A stretch of DNA of 63,995 nt, the filler included, from Caldilineae bacterium (GTDB taxonomy: Bacteria > Chloroflexota > Anaerolineae > DTLA01), in assembly GCA_037446815.1 (NCBI GenBank). It is 3 parts of 3 records of this genome, joined end to end, with 100 filler letters (N's around TTAATTAATTAA, not from the genome) between each part and the next. Parts side by side here need not be neighbours in the genome. Positions count along the whole stretch, not along the records: positions 1 to 27,129 come from JBBIHX010000027.1; 2 more parts are not named here. The stretch is one strand, 5' to 3'. Within the stretch, counting starts at the first letter, position 1, and each line of letters opens with the position of its first letter. Below, piece by piece: positions 1-9,444 of the stretch. The position numbers and the translations under genes were made by a program. The notes under the pieces are model-generated. The model did not search any database and was not told the origin of the DNA. It was given only the letters and a program-made list of their open reading frames with translations.

Positions 1-300
1 TTCATCTTGTGTTGGTCTGTGCGGCGCACCGCCTCCCCGCCCTGTCATGCTGAGCCGAAGGCGGTACGCCCTCGCCCTTCGGGAGAGGGACGGGGTGAGG
101 GGCGAGATTCTTCGCGGCTTCGCCGCTCAGAATGACCGTAGATGCCAACAGACTTTGGAACCGAATCAAAACGAGGCAACTCATCGCCAGGTTTCGGTGG
201 GCTTCCCGTCATTGCGGAGCGATGGAGGGCGAAGAATTCCGCCCTACCGATTCGTGCCGATTCGTGTTACTCGTGGATGACCCCGGCCCCTTCGGGGCTT
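1..300. repeat. Composite REP-like palindrome cluster at contig start
   Basis: 42-136 is a diverged reverse complement of the nested element at 9901-10000. GTAG-type hairpin GGAGGGCGAAGAATTCCGCCCTAC at ~223-247. ATTCGTG short repeats at ~250-276. Confidence 0.8.
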
Positions 301-333
301 GCCGGCGCCCCGCGCCCTCACCTCGCCCCGGCC

Positions 334-1452
334 CTACGGCAGCACGTCCAGCAACTGCTCCCGCAACTCCAGCCAGCGCTCCATGGCGGGCCGCGTAACC
401 ACCGACGGCGGCAGGAACGGGCACCCCTGCGACTCGCGGGTGGAGACCTCAAACGTACCGATGCGGCGCGCCAGGGCCATGATGTCCACCTTGTCGTACC
501 CGATGAGCGGGCGCAGAATGGGCTTGCCGATGCCCAGCGAAATCATCTCCAAACTCGGAAGCGTCTGGCTAGCCACCTGCCCCACGTTCTCGCCCGTAAC
601 GATGGCGTTGGCCCCGATTTCGTCGGCCAGTTGCGCTGCCTTGCGCAGCATCGCGTGCTTGCAGAACAGGCACGTCCACCGCTCCGCGCGCAGGTCGCGC
701 AGGCGCTCCACGATAGGCTCCATCATCTCATGATGGCTCAGCACCAGCGGCTTGATGCGCCAGCCGTAGGCATACCCATCCAGCACCTCGCAGTTCGCCA
801 GCGCCTTGGCGGTCTCCACGTCGCTCTGCGTGAAGTGCAGCGGCGCCACTCCGCACCCCCGCTTCATCATCAGGTACGCCGCCACGGGCGAATCAATCCC
901 GCCGGAGATGAGCGCCACGACCCGTCCCTGAGAGTTCAGCGGCAGCCCCCCTGGCCCAGCATACGCCGCCGCGAAGATGAGCGCCTCTTCACGGCGAATC
1001 TCAACGCCGATGGTTACATCCGCGCTATCCGACAGGTCTACACGGGCCCCCGTCGCCACGCGCACGGCCTCGCCCACCTGCGCGTTGATCTGCGGCGAGG
1101 TCAGGGGGAAGCCCTTGAACGCGCGGCGGGCATCCATGCGGAAGGTGCGGTCAGGGCCGAGGCCGACGCGCCGCGCGATGGACACCGCCTCGGCGGTGAT
1201 GGCGTCCATATCCAGCGGCGTGCGGGACACGGGACTGAGCGACACGATGCCGAACACGCGCTGTAAATGCGGCAGCGCCGACTCCACATCGGCCGTGTCC
1301 ACATACAGCCGCTGCCCGTGCACCGACACCTCGCCCGCCAGGCCGTTGCGCTTCAGGCAATCCTTTATGTTAAGTCGCAGGCGGCGGACAAACAGATTGC
1401 GGTTTCGCCCCTTCAACCCGATTTCCCCGTAGCGCACCAGAATCAGGCCCAT
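334..1452 (-). CDS. thiI: tRNA 4-thiouridine(8) synthase ThiI (THUMP + PP-loop, no rhodanese domain)
   Basis: N-terminal LVRYGEIGLKGRNR, GPGGLP, PP-loop SGGIDSPVA, TGENVGQVASQTL, RPLIGYDK. Start set to the ATG at 1452 behind GGAGG. Confidence 0.93.
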   Translation of the reverse strand: MGLILVRYGEIGLKGRNRNLFVRRLRLNIKDCLKRNGLAGEVSVHGQRLYVDTADVESALPHLQRVFGIVSLSPVSRTPLDMDAITAEAVSIARRVGLGPDRTFRMDARRAFKGFPLTSPQINAQVGEAVRVATGARVDLSDSADVTIGVEIRREEALIFAAAYAGPGGLPLNSQGRVVALISGGIDSPVAAYLMMKRGCGVAPLHFTQSDVETAKALANCEVLDGYAYGWRIKPLVLSHHEMMEPIVERLRDLRAERWTCLFCKHAMLRKAAQLADEIGANAIVTGENVGQVASQTLPSLEMISLGIGKPILRPLIGYDKVDIMALARRIGTFEVSTRESQGCPFLPPSVVTRPAMERWLELREQLLDVLP

Positions 1453-1528
1453 CGCCTCCCCTCCCAAAAAAGCAAGGCGGGGCAAGGGTAACCCCCCGCC
1501 CCGCCGACAATTCGCGACAGAGTTGGGT

Positions 1529-2452
1529 TTAGGCAGCAGCAGGGCGGCGTCCAAACAGCCGACGGAAGAACCCGCCGATCTCGCCCTTCTCCCAGACCAC
1601 CAGAAGCGGCACCGCCGTGAACAGCGACGCGTAGGTTTCGCTCAGCATCCCAACCAGCATCACGAGGATAAACTGCTTGATGGTTGCGCCGCCGAACAGC
1701 AACAGCGCCAGCAGGACGAACATGGCGTTCAACTGCGTCGCCAGCGAGCGGTGGAGCGTCTCCAGCACGCTGCGGTTGACGATGGTCTCGTAGTCCTCGC
1801 CGCGCCGCCGCGGGATATTCTCGCGGATGCGGTCAAACACCACGATGATGTCCTGCACGCTGAACCCGATGACGGTCAGCAGCGCGGTCAGGAACAGGGC
1901 ATCCACCTCCCAACCCAGCACCACGCCCAGGATGGAGAACATGCCGGTAACGACCAAGATGTTCTGCGCGATGGCGATGACCGCGCAGACGCCGTACCGA
2001 AACGCATGGGGCACCTTGCGGAACGCCAGCAGGATAAACGCCACGATGGCCAGCGCCGTGAACCCGATGGCCGTGAACGCCGATTGCGTTACCTCCTTGC
2101 CCACCGACGGGCCAACCGAGCGGAAGTAGAGTTCCGTCACGGGGCCGAATCGCTCCTCCACCTTCTTCAGTAGTTCCGCCTTGGTCTCCTCGTCCACCTG
2201 CTTCATCCGCACCAGAACCGTTCGGTCACCCCCCACGTTGGTCGCCGATGTGTCGGAGTAACCCGCGTCCACAAACACATCCCGCACCTCCGTGGGAAAC
2301 ACAGGCTTCTCAAACCGCAATTCCAGCGCCGCCCCGCCGGTGAAGTCAATGCTGGGCTTCAGGCCGTTTATCGCCAGGGACACAATCCCCGGAATCACGA
2401 TGAGCAACGTAATGAGAAAGTACCAACGTCGTTTCTCTACAAAGTTGAACAT
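1529..2452 (-). CDS. secF: Protein translocase subunit SecF
   Basis: SIDFTGG, VGPSVGKE, IGFSVQDIIVVFDRIREN. Six TM segments. Follows secD. Confidence 0.96.
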   Translation of the reverse strand: MFNFVEKRRWYFLITLLIVIPGIVSLAINGLKPSIDFTGGAALELRFEKPVFPTEVRDVFVDAGYSDTSATNVGGDRTVLVRMKQVDEETKAELLKKVEERFGPVTELYFRSVGPSVGKEVTQSAFTAIGFTALAIVAFILLAFRKVPHAFRYGVCAVIAIAQNILVVTGMFSILGVVLGWEVDALFLTALLTVIGFSVQDIIVVFDRIRENIPRRRGEDYETIVNRSVLETLHRSLATQLNAMFVLLALLLFGGATIKQFILVMLVGMLSETYASLFTAVPLLVVWEKGEIGGFFRRLFGRRPAAA

Positions 2453-2473
2453 GACGCCTCCTCAAGTCCAGTC

Positions 2474-3922
2474 CTAGACGCCCAGCAGCCAGTGCTTGCC
2501 TTCTATCTTCTCGCCAACGGCGTCAAACAGCGCGCGCAGGAACGTACGCGTTACCGTGATGGCCGTGAAGATGTTGATCATCACGCCAAGCCCCAGGGTG
2601 ATGGCGAACCCCTTCACGATGGACGCGCCGAAGTTGGAGCCGAAGATGAAAAGAATCGCGCAGGTGATGAGCGTGGAGATGTTGGAGTCGCGGATGGATG
2701 TCCACGCGCGGTCAAACCCCGCCATCAGCGCGCTGCTCAGACTCCGCCCCGCGCGAATCTCCTCCTTCATGCGCTCAAAGACCAGGATATTGGCGTCCAC
2801 AGCCATGCCGGTGGACAACAGGAAACCTGCGATGCCGGGCAGGGTCAACGTTACCGGGATGAGTTTGTACAGCATGAAGTTCAGCAAGGCGTACAGCACC
2901 AGGGCGAGCGCCGCCATAAGCCCGGGCAGTCGGTAGTAGGTGATCATGAACAGGAGAACGACGATGACGCCGATGATGCCCGCCGTCGTGCTACGCCTCA
3001 CCGAGTCGGACCCCAGCGACGCGCCCACCGTGCGGTTGTCCACCACCTTGAGCGGAACCGGCAGCGCGCCGTACTTCAACTGAATGGCCAGGCTGCGCGC
3101 CTCGTCCAGGGTGAAACTCCCCTCAATCACCCCGCGGCCATCGGGAATCGCCGACTTGATGACCGGGCACGAGATGACCACCTTGTCCAGCACGATGGCG
3201 AGATACCGCCCCACGTTGGCTGCCGTGTGGTCGGCGAACAGCTTCGCGCTTTCGGGCTGCAACTCAAACTGGATGAGCGGCTTGCCCGTGTTGTCAAACC
3301 CCACATCCGCGCTCTTGAGGTCCTTGCCGGTCATGACCGTCTTGTAAACAACCTCCGGCGTGGGAGTAGGAGAAGCGGTCGGCGTTACGGCGCCCGTCTC
3401 GGTAACGGTCTCTGTGGGCGCTACGGTTGCGGTGGCCGTGGCCTCGGCCGTCGGCGTAACGGTTGGGGTAATCGGCTCGGTGGACGATGTGCCGAACGTC
3501 GTCTTCACCACCGTGCCAGGCTCAATGAACGTCTCGGAATCAACGAATTCCAGCAAGCCGGTCTGCCGGAAGGTCGCGATGGCCTGGTCGGGGTCTTTGA
3601 TGCCGGGGAGTTCCACGATGATGCGGCGCTCGCCCTGCAACTGAACCAGCGGCTCGGTAACGCCCAGGCCGTTCACGCGGTTCTCCACGATGGTGCGCGC
3701 GGCCTCCATGGACTCGGCGCTCACCTGCGTCGTCTCCGGCACATCCGCTTCCAGCAGGACCTGCGTGCCGCCCTGCAAGTCCAGGCCCAAGCGCACGGAG
3801 ATGTCGCGCGTCCCCTTGATGAGCGGCAACTTCAGCGTGTTGTGGCCAGGCCAGTCTATCCAAATGGCCAAAGCCGCGATGAGGATGATGAGAATCAGCA
3901 AATTGAAGTTCCGATCCCTCAT
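2474..3922 (-). CDS. secD: Protein translocase subunit SecD
   Basis: LGLDLQGG, RVNGLGVTEP, GALPVPL, GMAVDANILVFERMKEE. Has a Thr/Pro-rich insertion in the extracytoplasmic domain. Confidence 0.96.
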   Translation of the reverse strand: MRDRNFNLLILIILIAALAIWIDWPGHNTLKLPLIKGTRDISVRLGLDLQGGTQVLLEADVPETTQVSAESMEAARTIVENRVNGLGVTEPLVQLQGERRIIVELPGIKDPDQAIATFRQTGLLEFVDSETFIEPGTVVKTTFGTSSTEPITPTVTPTAEATATATVAPTETVTETGAVTPTASPTPTPEVVYKTVMTGKDLKSADVGFDNTGKPLIQFELQPESAKLFADHTAANVGRYLAIVLDKVVISCPVIKSAIPDGRGVIEGSFTLDEARSLAIQLKYGALPVPLKVVDNRTVGASLGSDSVRRSTTAGIIGVIVVLLFMITYYRLPGLMAALALVLYALLNFMLYKLIPVTLTLPGIAGFLLSTGMAVDANILVFERMKEEIRAGRSLSSALMAGFDRAWTSIRDSNISTLITCAILFIFGSNFGASIVKGFAITLGLGVMINIFTAITVTRTFLRALFDAVGEKIEGKHWLLGV

Positions 3923-4045
3923 GAAGTGCTTCTCCTCCTCAGCCGGTATAGCATCTCCGGCCCAAGTTCTTCAACACAAACCAGGGCTCCTTGGCGCGTG
4001 GCTCCCAGGAGCCCTGATGGTTGAAGCCGTTGCATGGTGCGGCCC

Positions 4046-4074
4046 ATTATAGTCTACGGCAATAGGCGTGTCAA
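4046..4074 (-). promoter_or_regulatory. Consensus sigma70 promoter for secD-secF-thiI
   Basis: Minus strand reads TTGACA-17 nt-TATAAT exactly (-35 at 4074-4069, -10 at 4051-4046). Confidence 0.8.
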
Positions 4075-4401
4075 ATAAGTTGCGGCCTCCCGGAATACCC
4101 CGTCCTCGTCCCGCTCATCGGTGGCGATAATCAGGTCGGCGTGCTCGCGGGCGTGTTGCACGCGCTGGCGCATCTCCTCATACAGCCGCGGGGTCAAGAG
4201 CGAGTTGGGCCGCCGCTGCGCTACCGTCTCATAGCGCGCGTCCAGGAAGATGAGCACGTCCGGGGGGTGTATCCGCTGCCACATGTCGGGCACGTAAGAA
4301 TGCTCCTGGGCGATTTCCGCCGCGTCATACCCGGCGCGCCTCAACCTCCACACCAGGGATGACTTCCCGGAGCCACACACGCCGACAACGCCGATTCTCA
4401 T
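4054..4401 (-). CDS. Small P-loop NTPase / nucleoside-kinase-like protein
   Basis: Walker A GVCGSGKS at the N-terminus, DVLIFLDA strand, HADLIIATD. 115 aa. Confidence 0.75.
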   Translation of the reverse strand: MRIGVVGVCGSGKSSLVWRLRRAGYDAAEIAQEHSYVPDMWQRIHPPDVLIFLDARYETVAQRRPNSLLTPRLYEEMRQRVQHAREHADLIIATDERDEDGVFREAATYLTRLLP

Positions 4402-4416
4402 ACCACCGGCCCGCTC

Positions 4417-5136
4417 CTAGATGGGCACGCGCACCGCAAGCCGCCGCACGTCTTCCTGTCCTTCGCGCGGCAAGATGCCCAGCACCAGCACGCTGATGTC
4501 GTCGGCGGGCCTGCCGGAGTCCCGCTCCACGGCCTGCCGCAGGAGGGCATCGGCCACCGCCTGCGGGTTGCCGGTCTGCTCGGCCACCTCGCGCGCGCAG
4601 TCCAGCACAGCCCACGGCCCCTTGCCCCTTCCGGCGGCCCACAGCCCGTCGGTGGAGACAATGGCCCAGGTCCCGGCTTGAAAGGGGAACTCCAGGATGG
4701 TCGGCTTGGTGGCTGCATACAGGCCAATCGGTTGCGCCGACTCGTCTATCTGGCTCCACTCTCCCTCGCGCCGAAGGATGGCGGGGCACTGCGTATTGCG
4801 CGACAGGACAACTGTCCGCGTAGTTAGGTCTAGCGACAAGATTGTGAGGTCGGCGCGGACCTTGCCCCGATACTGCGTGAACAGGTAATCGTGGGCGGCG
4901 CGCGCGGCGGCCCCATCGCGGACGCCTTCGCCCAGCAGCGACACCACCTTGCGCGCCACCATGTTGCTGATGGCCTTGGCTCCGCGCCCGCTGCTCTGAC
5001 CATCCACGAGGACGAAGGACAGCCCGCCCCGAGGGCGCTCTATCATCTCCAGCGTATCGCCGCTTTCCCGCGTGGCGTACTTGCCCACCTTCGCCGCAGC
5101 CACGCGCAGTTCCAGGCCCAGTTCAACGCCCGCCAT
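4417..5136 (-). CDS. PP2C/SpoIIE-like Ser/Thr phosphatase
   Basis: ESGD, VLVDGQSSG, STDGL and DDISVLV are the PPM metal-binding motifs. ATG at 5136 overlaps the upstream gene end. Confidence 0.85.
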   Translation of the reverse strand: MAGVELGLELRVAAAKVGKYATRESGDTLEMIERPRGGLSFVLVDGQSSGRGAKAISNMVARKVVSLLGEGVRDGAAARAAHDYLFTQYRGKVRADLTILSLDLTTRTVVLSRNTQCPAILRREGEWSQIDESAQPIGLYAATKPTILEFPFQAGTWAIVSTDGLWAAGRGKGPWAVLDCAREVAEQTGNPQAVADALLRQAVERDSGRPADDISVLVLGILPREGQEDVRRLAVRVPI

Positions 5137-6844
5137 CTTTCCGCGCCCCCTGCTGCTTCTTGAGCACCTTCTCCGCAAAGGCCAGCGCCTGCTCGCGGGT
5201 CGCAACCTTCCCTTCCGCCTGCGCCTCGCGAATCGCCTCCAGCAGCGCGCCGATGGTCGGCCCTTCGCTCAGTTCCAGCGACGCCATCAGGTCGCGCCCG
5301 TTCACGACCGGCTGGGGCGACACGATGTGCGGCTCGGCAAGGCAGGCTTGTATCACCCGCCGCACGATGGCCTGCGCCGCGGGCCAGTTCGGGTCATCTT
5401 CCACCGGCTGCGTGGCGAACATGTCGGCCAGGAACAGCAACGCCGTCGCCACTGCGCCATCCCCCAGCGCGCGGTGGAATCGGTACAACGCGCGGTTGGT
5501 AACGTGCCGCGTCCGCACCAGCGACAGGAGCCACATGTGCTCGCGGATGACGCCCGACACGAGGGAGACGGCCGCCGCGCTGTAGCGAAGCCGCACCAGC
5601 GCGCTGGCGGCCATCTCCGCGCCCACCTCGGGGTGGCCGAAGAAGCGCACCCGGCCCTTCTCCTCGGTGCGGGTCGCGGGCTTGCCGATGTCGTGCAGCG
5701 CCGCCGCAAGTTTCAGCAGCACAAGCCGCGATTCTGCCGGCGCCTCGCTTTCCATCAGATACGCCGCCACCTGCGAGCGCACCGCGCCCAGGCTCGCCGC
5801 GAATTCGGCCCAGGCCCCATCCGCCGCGCCGCGCAACAAGGCATCGGCCAGCGCCTCCACCGCCTCCACGGTGCGAATGCTGTGCTCCAGCGCACCCCAG
5901 CGATGCGGCAGCGGCTGCTGCAATCCGCGCAAGGGTGCCAGTTCGGGCAGCACTGCGTCCAACAGGCCCAGGCGGTCCATATCGCGCAGGCACTTCCCGA
6001 AGGCGGGCAGCGCCGCCATGCGGTTCACCTCATCCCGAATTCGCTCGGGCGCCACCGTGCCCAGGAGCGCAGCCTGCGCCGCCAGCGCCTGCTCCAAGCC
6101 CGGAGCGAACCCCAGGTTGAGTTGGTGCGCGAACCGCACGGCCCGCAAGAGCCGCGCCGGATCCTGCACAAACGCCGCTTCGGACACAGGCCGCAGGACG
6201 CCCGCCGCCAAATCGCCCAGGCCGCCTGTCGGGTCAACGATGGCCTCGCGCCTCATGTCGCTCAGGGGCATGGCCATCGCGTTGACGGTGAAGTCCCGCC
6301 CGCGCAGGTCGGCCTCCAGGTCGTGCCCGCGGAACGCCGCCACGTCCGCCGAGTACGACTCCCCCTCCCACGAGAACAAGACCCGCGCCACATCCCGCTC
6401 CTCATCCAGCGGGTAGAACGCGCCGCCCAGCGTATCGGCCAGCCGCCGCCCCAGGGTCAGCGCGTCGCGGGGCACGATAAGGTCTATGTCATGGACGGCC
6501 CACCCCAGCAGGAAGTCGCGCACGCTGCCGCCCACCAAGAACGCCGAGGGTTCCCACTGCCCCAGCAGTTGCGCCACGCGGGCGATGGCCGCCTGCGACG
6601 CCGTGCCAAACGCGGGAGCGTTGCCCTCTCGCACGCGCCCGAGCCCATGCGCGGCCTCATCGCTTGCCCGCGGGGGCTCGTCTCCCCTGGGCGGCACGTA
6701 CACCACCTCCGGCTCCTCGCGGCGGCGCGCCGACTTGGCCGACCGGTACGCCTCTTCCTCGGTGCGGCCCACGCCGGCCACCCGGCCCCGCACAAGGGCA
6801 ACCCAGTACCCAGCGTAGGCGCTCAGGTCGGGCGCGCGCGCCAT
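5123..6844 (-). CDS. Class II tRNA nucleotidyltransferase / poly(A) polymerase family with HD domain and a small N-terminal DUF5678-like module
   Basis: GGSVRD..DIDL, RDFTVNAMA, DPARLLRAVRF, LHDIGKP, FFGHPEVGA. Confidence 0.88.
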   Translation of the reverse strand: MARAPDLSAYAGYWVALVRGRVAGVGRTEEEAYRSAKSARRREEPEVVYVPPRGDEPPRASDEAAHGLGRVREGNAPAFGTASQAAIARVAQLLGQWEPSAFLVGGSVRDFLLGWAVHDIDLIVPRDALTLGRRLADTLGGAFYPLDEERDVARVLFSWEGESYSADVAAFRGHDLEADLRGRDFTVNAMAMPLSDMRREAIVDPTGGLGDLAAGVLRPVSEAAFVQDPARLLRAVRFAHQLNLGFAPGLEQALAAQAALLGTVAPERIRDEVNRMAALPAFGKCLRDMDRLGLLDAVLPELAPLRGLQQPLPHRWGALEHSIRTVEAVEALADALLRGAADGAWAEFAASLGAVRSQVAAYLMESEAPAESRLVLLKLAAALHDIGKPATRTEEKGRVRFFGHPEVGAEMAASALVRLRYSAAAVSLVSGVIREHMWLLSLVRTRHVTNRALYRFHRALGDGAVATALLFLADMFATQPVEDDPNWPAAQAIVRRVIQACLAEPHIVSPQPVVNGRDLMASLELSEGPTIGALLEAIREAQAEGKVATREQALAFAEKVLKKQQGARKDGGR

Positions 6845-6867
6845 TGCCCCAGCCTCCGCGCCAGAAA

Positions 6868-7455
6868 TCAGACCGCCCGCTCGGGCGCGGGCTGCCCCGC
6901 CTCGCCCTTCGCGAGGATTCGGTCTGCCTCGTCAAGCCCCGCCTGCAGCGCCTTCAGGTTGATCGCCTCCGTGCCTTTGGGCGCTCTGGCCCGCACGGCC
7001 GCCTCTATCGCCTTGCGCGATACGACGCCCGTCAGCCCCACGATGATGCCCAGCGCCACGATGTTCGCCGTGATGCGGCGGCCGGTCGTCTCCTCGGCGA
7101 TCTTGGTAATCGGAATCATGTAGGCGCGGCTGGTGGGCACCCGATCCACATGCACCGAGTCCACGATGAGGATGCCGTTCCGCTTCATCCCGTACACGTA
7201 CTTGTTGCACGCTTCCTGGCTCATGCAGAGGAGCAGGTCCGCCGCGATGACCTTGGGGTAGTCAATCACGCCGTTGCTGATGACCACCTCGGCTTTGCTG
7301 GCCCCGCCCCGCGCTTCGGGGCCGTAGGACTGGGTCTGCACGGCGTTCTTCCCATCGTACACCGCCGCGGCCTCCGCCAGGATAAGCCCGGCCAGGATGA
7401 GCCCCTGCCCTCCTTCGCCAGCCAGTCGTATCTCGTACCGATCCGTTGCTCCCAT
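6868..7455 (-). CDS. korC: 2-oxoacid:ferredoxin oxidoreductase gamma subunit
   Basis: AGEGGQGLILAG, QSYGPEARGGAS, NIVALG. Confidence 0.9.
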   Translation of the reverse strand: MGATDRYEIRLAGEGGQGLILAGLILAEAAAVYDGKNAVQTQSYGPEARGGASKAEVVISNGVIDYPKVIAADLLLCMSQEACNKYVYGMKRNGILIVDSVHVDRVPTSRAYMIPITKIAEETTGRRITANIVALGIIVGLTGVVSRKAIEAAVRARAPKGTEAINLKALQAGLDEADRILAKGEAGQPAPERAV

Positions 7456-7477
7456 AATGCCTCCTGCGCGCTGTGCG

Positions 7478-8320
7478 CTACCCTTTGGTAGACCGCGCCA
7501 TCGCCCGCTCCACGATTTTCGCGTAAGCGGCCGTGTACTCCGGGAAGTCGCGCTCGTGGAAGATGCCCCGCACGATCTTGCCCTGCAACTGCTCCGGGGT
7601 CATCTTCGCCGCGGCCTCTCGCGTTACGCTGTTTTCCTTCTGCCAGCGGAGCATGTCCACCGCCGTGCCCAGTTTGTTGATGCGCCCGTAGGTCGTGTGG
7701 CAGTAACTGACCGCCTCCACCACCGAGAACCCCTCGTGCAAGAGCGCCTTCTCAATCAGGCGGTCCAGTTCCACGGCGTGGTAGACCGTGCCCCGCGCCA
7801 CGAAGGTTGCCCCAGCCGCGATGGCCAGTTCGCAAATCGGAAACGGCTGGTCAATGTTGCCGTAGGGCGCGGTTGTCGCCAGGCTTCCGGTCGGCGTCGT
7901 CGGCGAGTACTGCCCGCCCGTCATGCCGTAGATGGAGTTGTTGATGATGATGGACGTGATGCCGATGTTGCGCCGCGCGGCGTGGATAAAGTGGTTGCCG
8001 CCGATGGCCAGGGCGTCGCCGTCGCCCATGATCGCGATGACGTGCATCTTCGGCTTGACCATCTTGAGGCCCGTCGCGAAGGCCAGCGCCCGCCCGTGGG
8101 TCGTGTGCATCGTGTTGAAGTCCATGTACACCGGCATACGCCCGCTGCACCCGATGCCCGACACCATGGCGATATCGTCCTTCTCCCAACCCAGGCGGTC
8201 AATGGCGCGAATCAGCGCCCCCATGACGATGCCGATGCCACACCCGGGGCACCATACGTTGGGAAACTTCTTGTGTCGCCGCAGATAGCGGTACATCCGA
8301 TTCTCTTCAAAGCGTCTCAC
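7478..8320 (-). CDS. korB: 2-oxoacid:ferredoxin oxidoreductase beta subunit (TPP-binding)
   Basis: WCPGCG, SGIGCS, HGRA, GDGD, NNSIYGMTGGQYSPTT. Confidence 0.92.
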   Translation of the reverse strand: MRRFEENRMYRYLRRHKKFPNVWCPGCGIGIVMGALIRAIDRLGWEKDDIAMVSGIGCSGRMPVYMDFNTMHTTHGRALAFATGLKMVKPKMHVIAIMGDGDALAIGGNHFIHAARRNIGITSIIINNSIYGMTGGQYSPTTPTGSLATTAPYGNIDQPFPICELAIAAGATFVARGTVYHAVELDRLIEKALLHEGFSVVEAVSYCHTTYGRINKLGTAVDMLRWQKENSVTREAAAKMTPEQLQGKIVRGIFHERDFPEYTAAYAKIVERAMARSTKG

Positions 8321-8322
8321 GG

Positions 8323-9444
8323 CTACTTCTCCTCAATCGCCGCCAGAATCTGCTGCGGCGTGATCATCTCCCCGTTGGCCAGGTTCAAGCGCCGCACCTT
8401 CTGCCGCCCCACGACGCGCTCCACCTCCAGCGCCAACTGCCCCAGGTTCATCTCGGGCACGATGACGCGCTTGCACGTGCGGGCCAGGCGCTCTGTGGCC
8501 TCCTCCGGGAACGGCCAGATGGTTTCCAGTTTCAGGAAGCCCACCCGGTACCGCTTGGCCCGCGCGAGTTTCACCGCATGGCGCGCCGCGCGTGCTGTCG
8601 CTCCGTAGGCCACCACCAACACCCGCGCCCCGGGCGGACAATCCTCCTCGTAGGAGATGATGTCGTGGCGGTGCTGCTCAATGCGACCGAAGGCCCGCGC
8701 AATCCAGGCATCAATCTCGTCCACGCGCTCGGTGGGGAAGCCGGCGCGGTCGTGGAACAGGCCGGTGATGTGGTAGCGATACCCCTCGCCGAAGGGGGCC
8801 AGCGGCGGGACGTCGGTGCTGGGATCCTCAAACGGGAAGTACCACTCCGGCGGCACATGCGCCGGCATCCGATTCGTGATCTCCAGCGCCTCCGGCGGGG
8901 GCAGTTCCACCCGCTCCCGCATGTGGCCCACCACCTCGTCCATCAGAAGAACCACCGGCGAGCGATACTTCTCCGACAGGTTGAACGCCCGCACGGTTAG
9001 CAAGAACGTTTCCAGCACCGACGACGGCGACAGCACAATGATGGGGTGATCGCCGTGGGTGCCCCAGCGCGCCTGCATCACGTCGCCCTGCGCGGGCTTG
9101 GTGGGCAGGCCCGTGCTCGGGCCCGTCCGCTGGACATTCACGATGACGCAGGGAATCTCGGCCATAGCCGCGTAGCCGATGTTCTCCTGCATCAGCGAGA
9201 ACCCCGGGCCGCTGGTGGCCGTCATCGCCTTGACGCCCCCCACCGAGGCGCCGATAACCGCCGCGATGCTGGCGATCTCGTCCTCCATCTGTATGAAGTA
9301 CCCGCCAACCTCGGGCAGGCGGCGAGACAGATGTTCCGCAATCTCCGATGAGGGCGTGATGGGATAACCGGCGAAAAAGCGGCACCCCGCTGCCAATGCG
9401 CCCTCCACGCACGCTTCATTGCCCTGCATCAGCCGTGCCGCCAT
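8323..9444 (-). CDS. korA: 2-oxoacid:ferredoxin oxidoreductase alpha subunit
   Basis: GYPITPSSE, QMEDEIAS, TATSGPGFSLM, RTGPSTGLPT, PEMNLGQ. Confidence 0.92.
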   Translation of the reverse strand: MAARLMQGNEACVEGALAAGCRFFAGYPITPSSEIAEHLSRRLPEVGGYFIQMEDEIASIAAVIGASVGGVKAMTATSGPGFSLMQENIGYAAMAEIPCVIVNVQRTGPSTGLPTKPAQGDVMQARWGTHGDHPIIVLSPSSVLETFLLTVRAFNLSEKYRSPVVLLMDEVVGHMRERVELPPPEALEITNRMPAHVPPEWYFPFEDPSTDVPPLAPFGEGYRYHITGLFHDRAGFPTERVDEIDAWIARAFGRIEQHRHDIISYEEDCPPGARVLVVAYGATARAARHAVKLARAKRYRVGFLKLETIWPFPEEATERLARTCKRVIVPEMNLGQLALEVERVVGRQKVRRLNLANGEMITPQQILAAIEEK

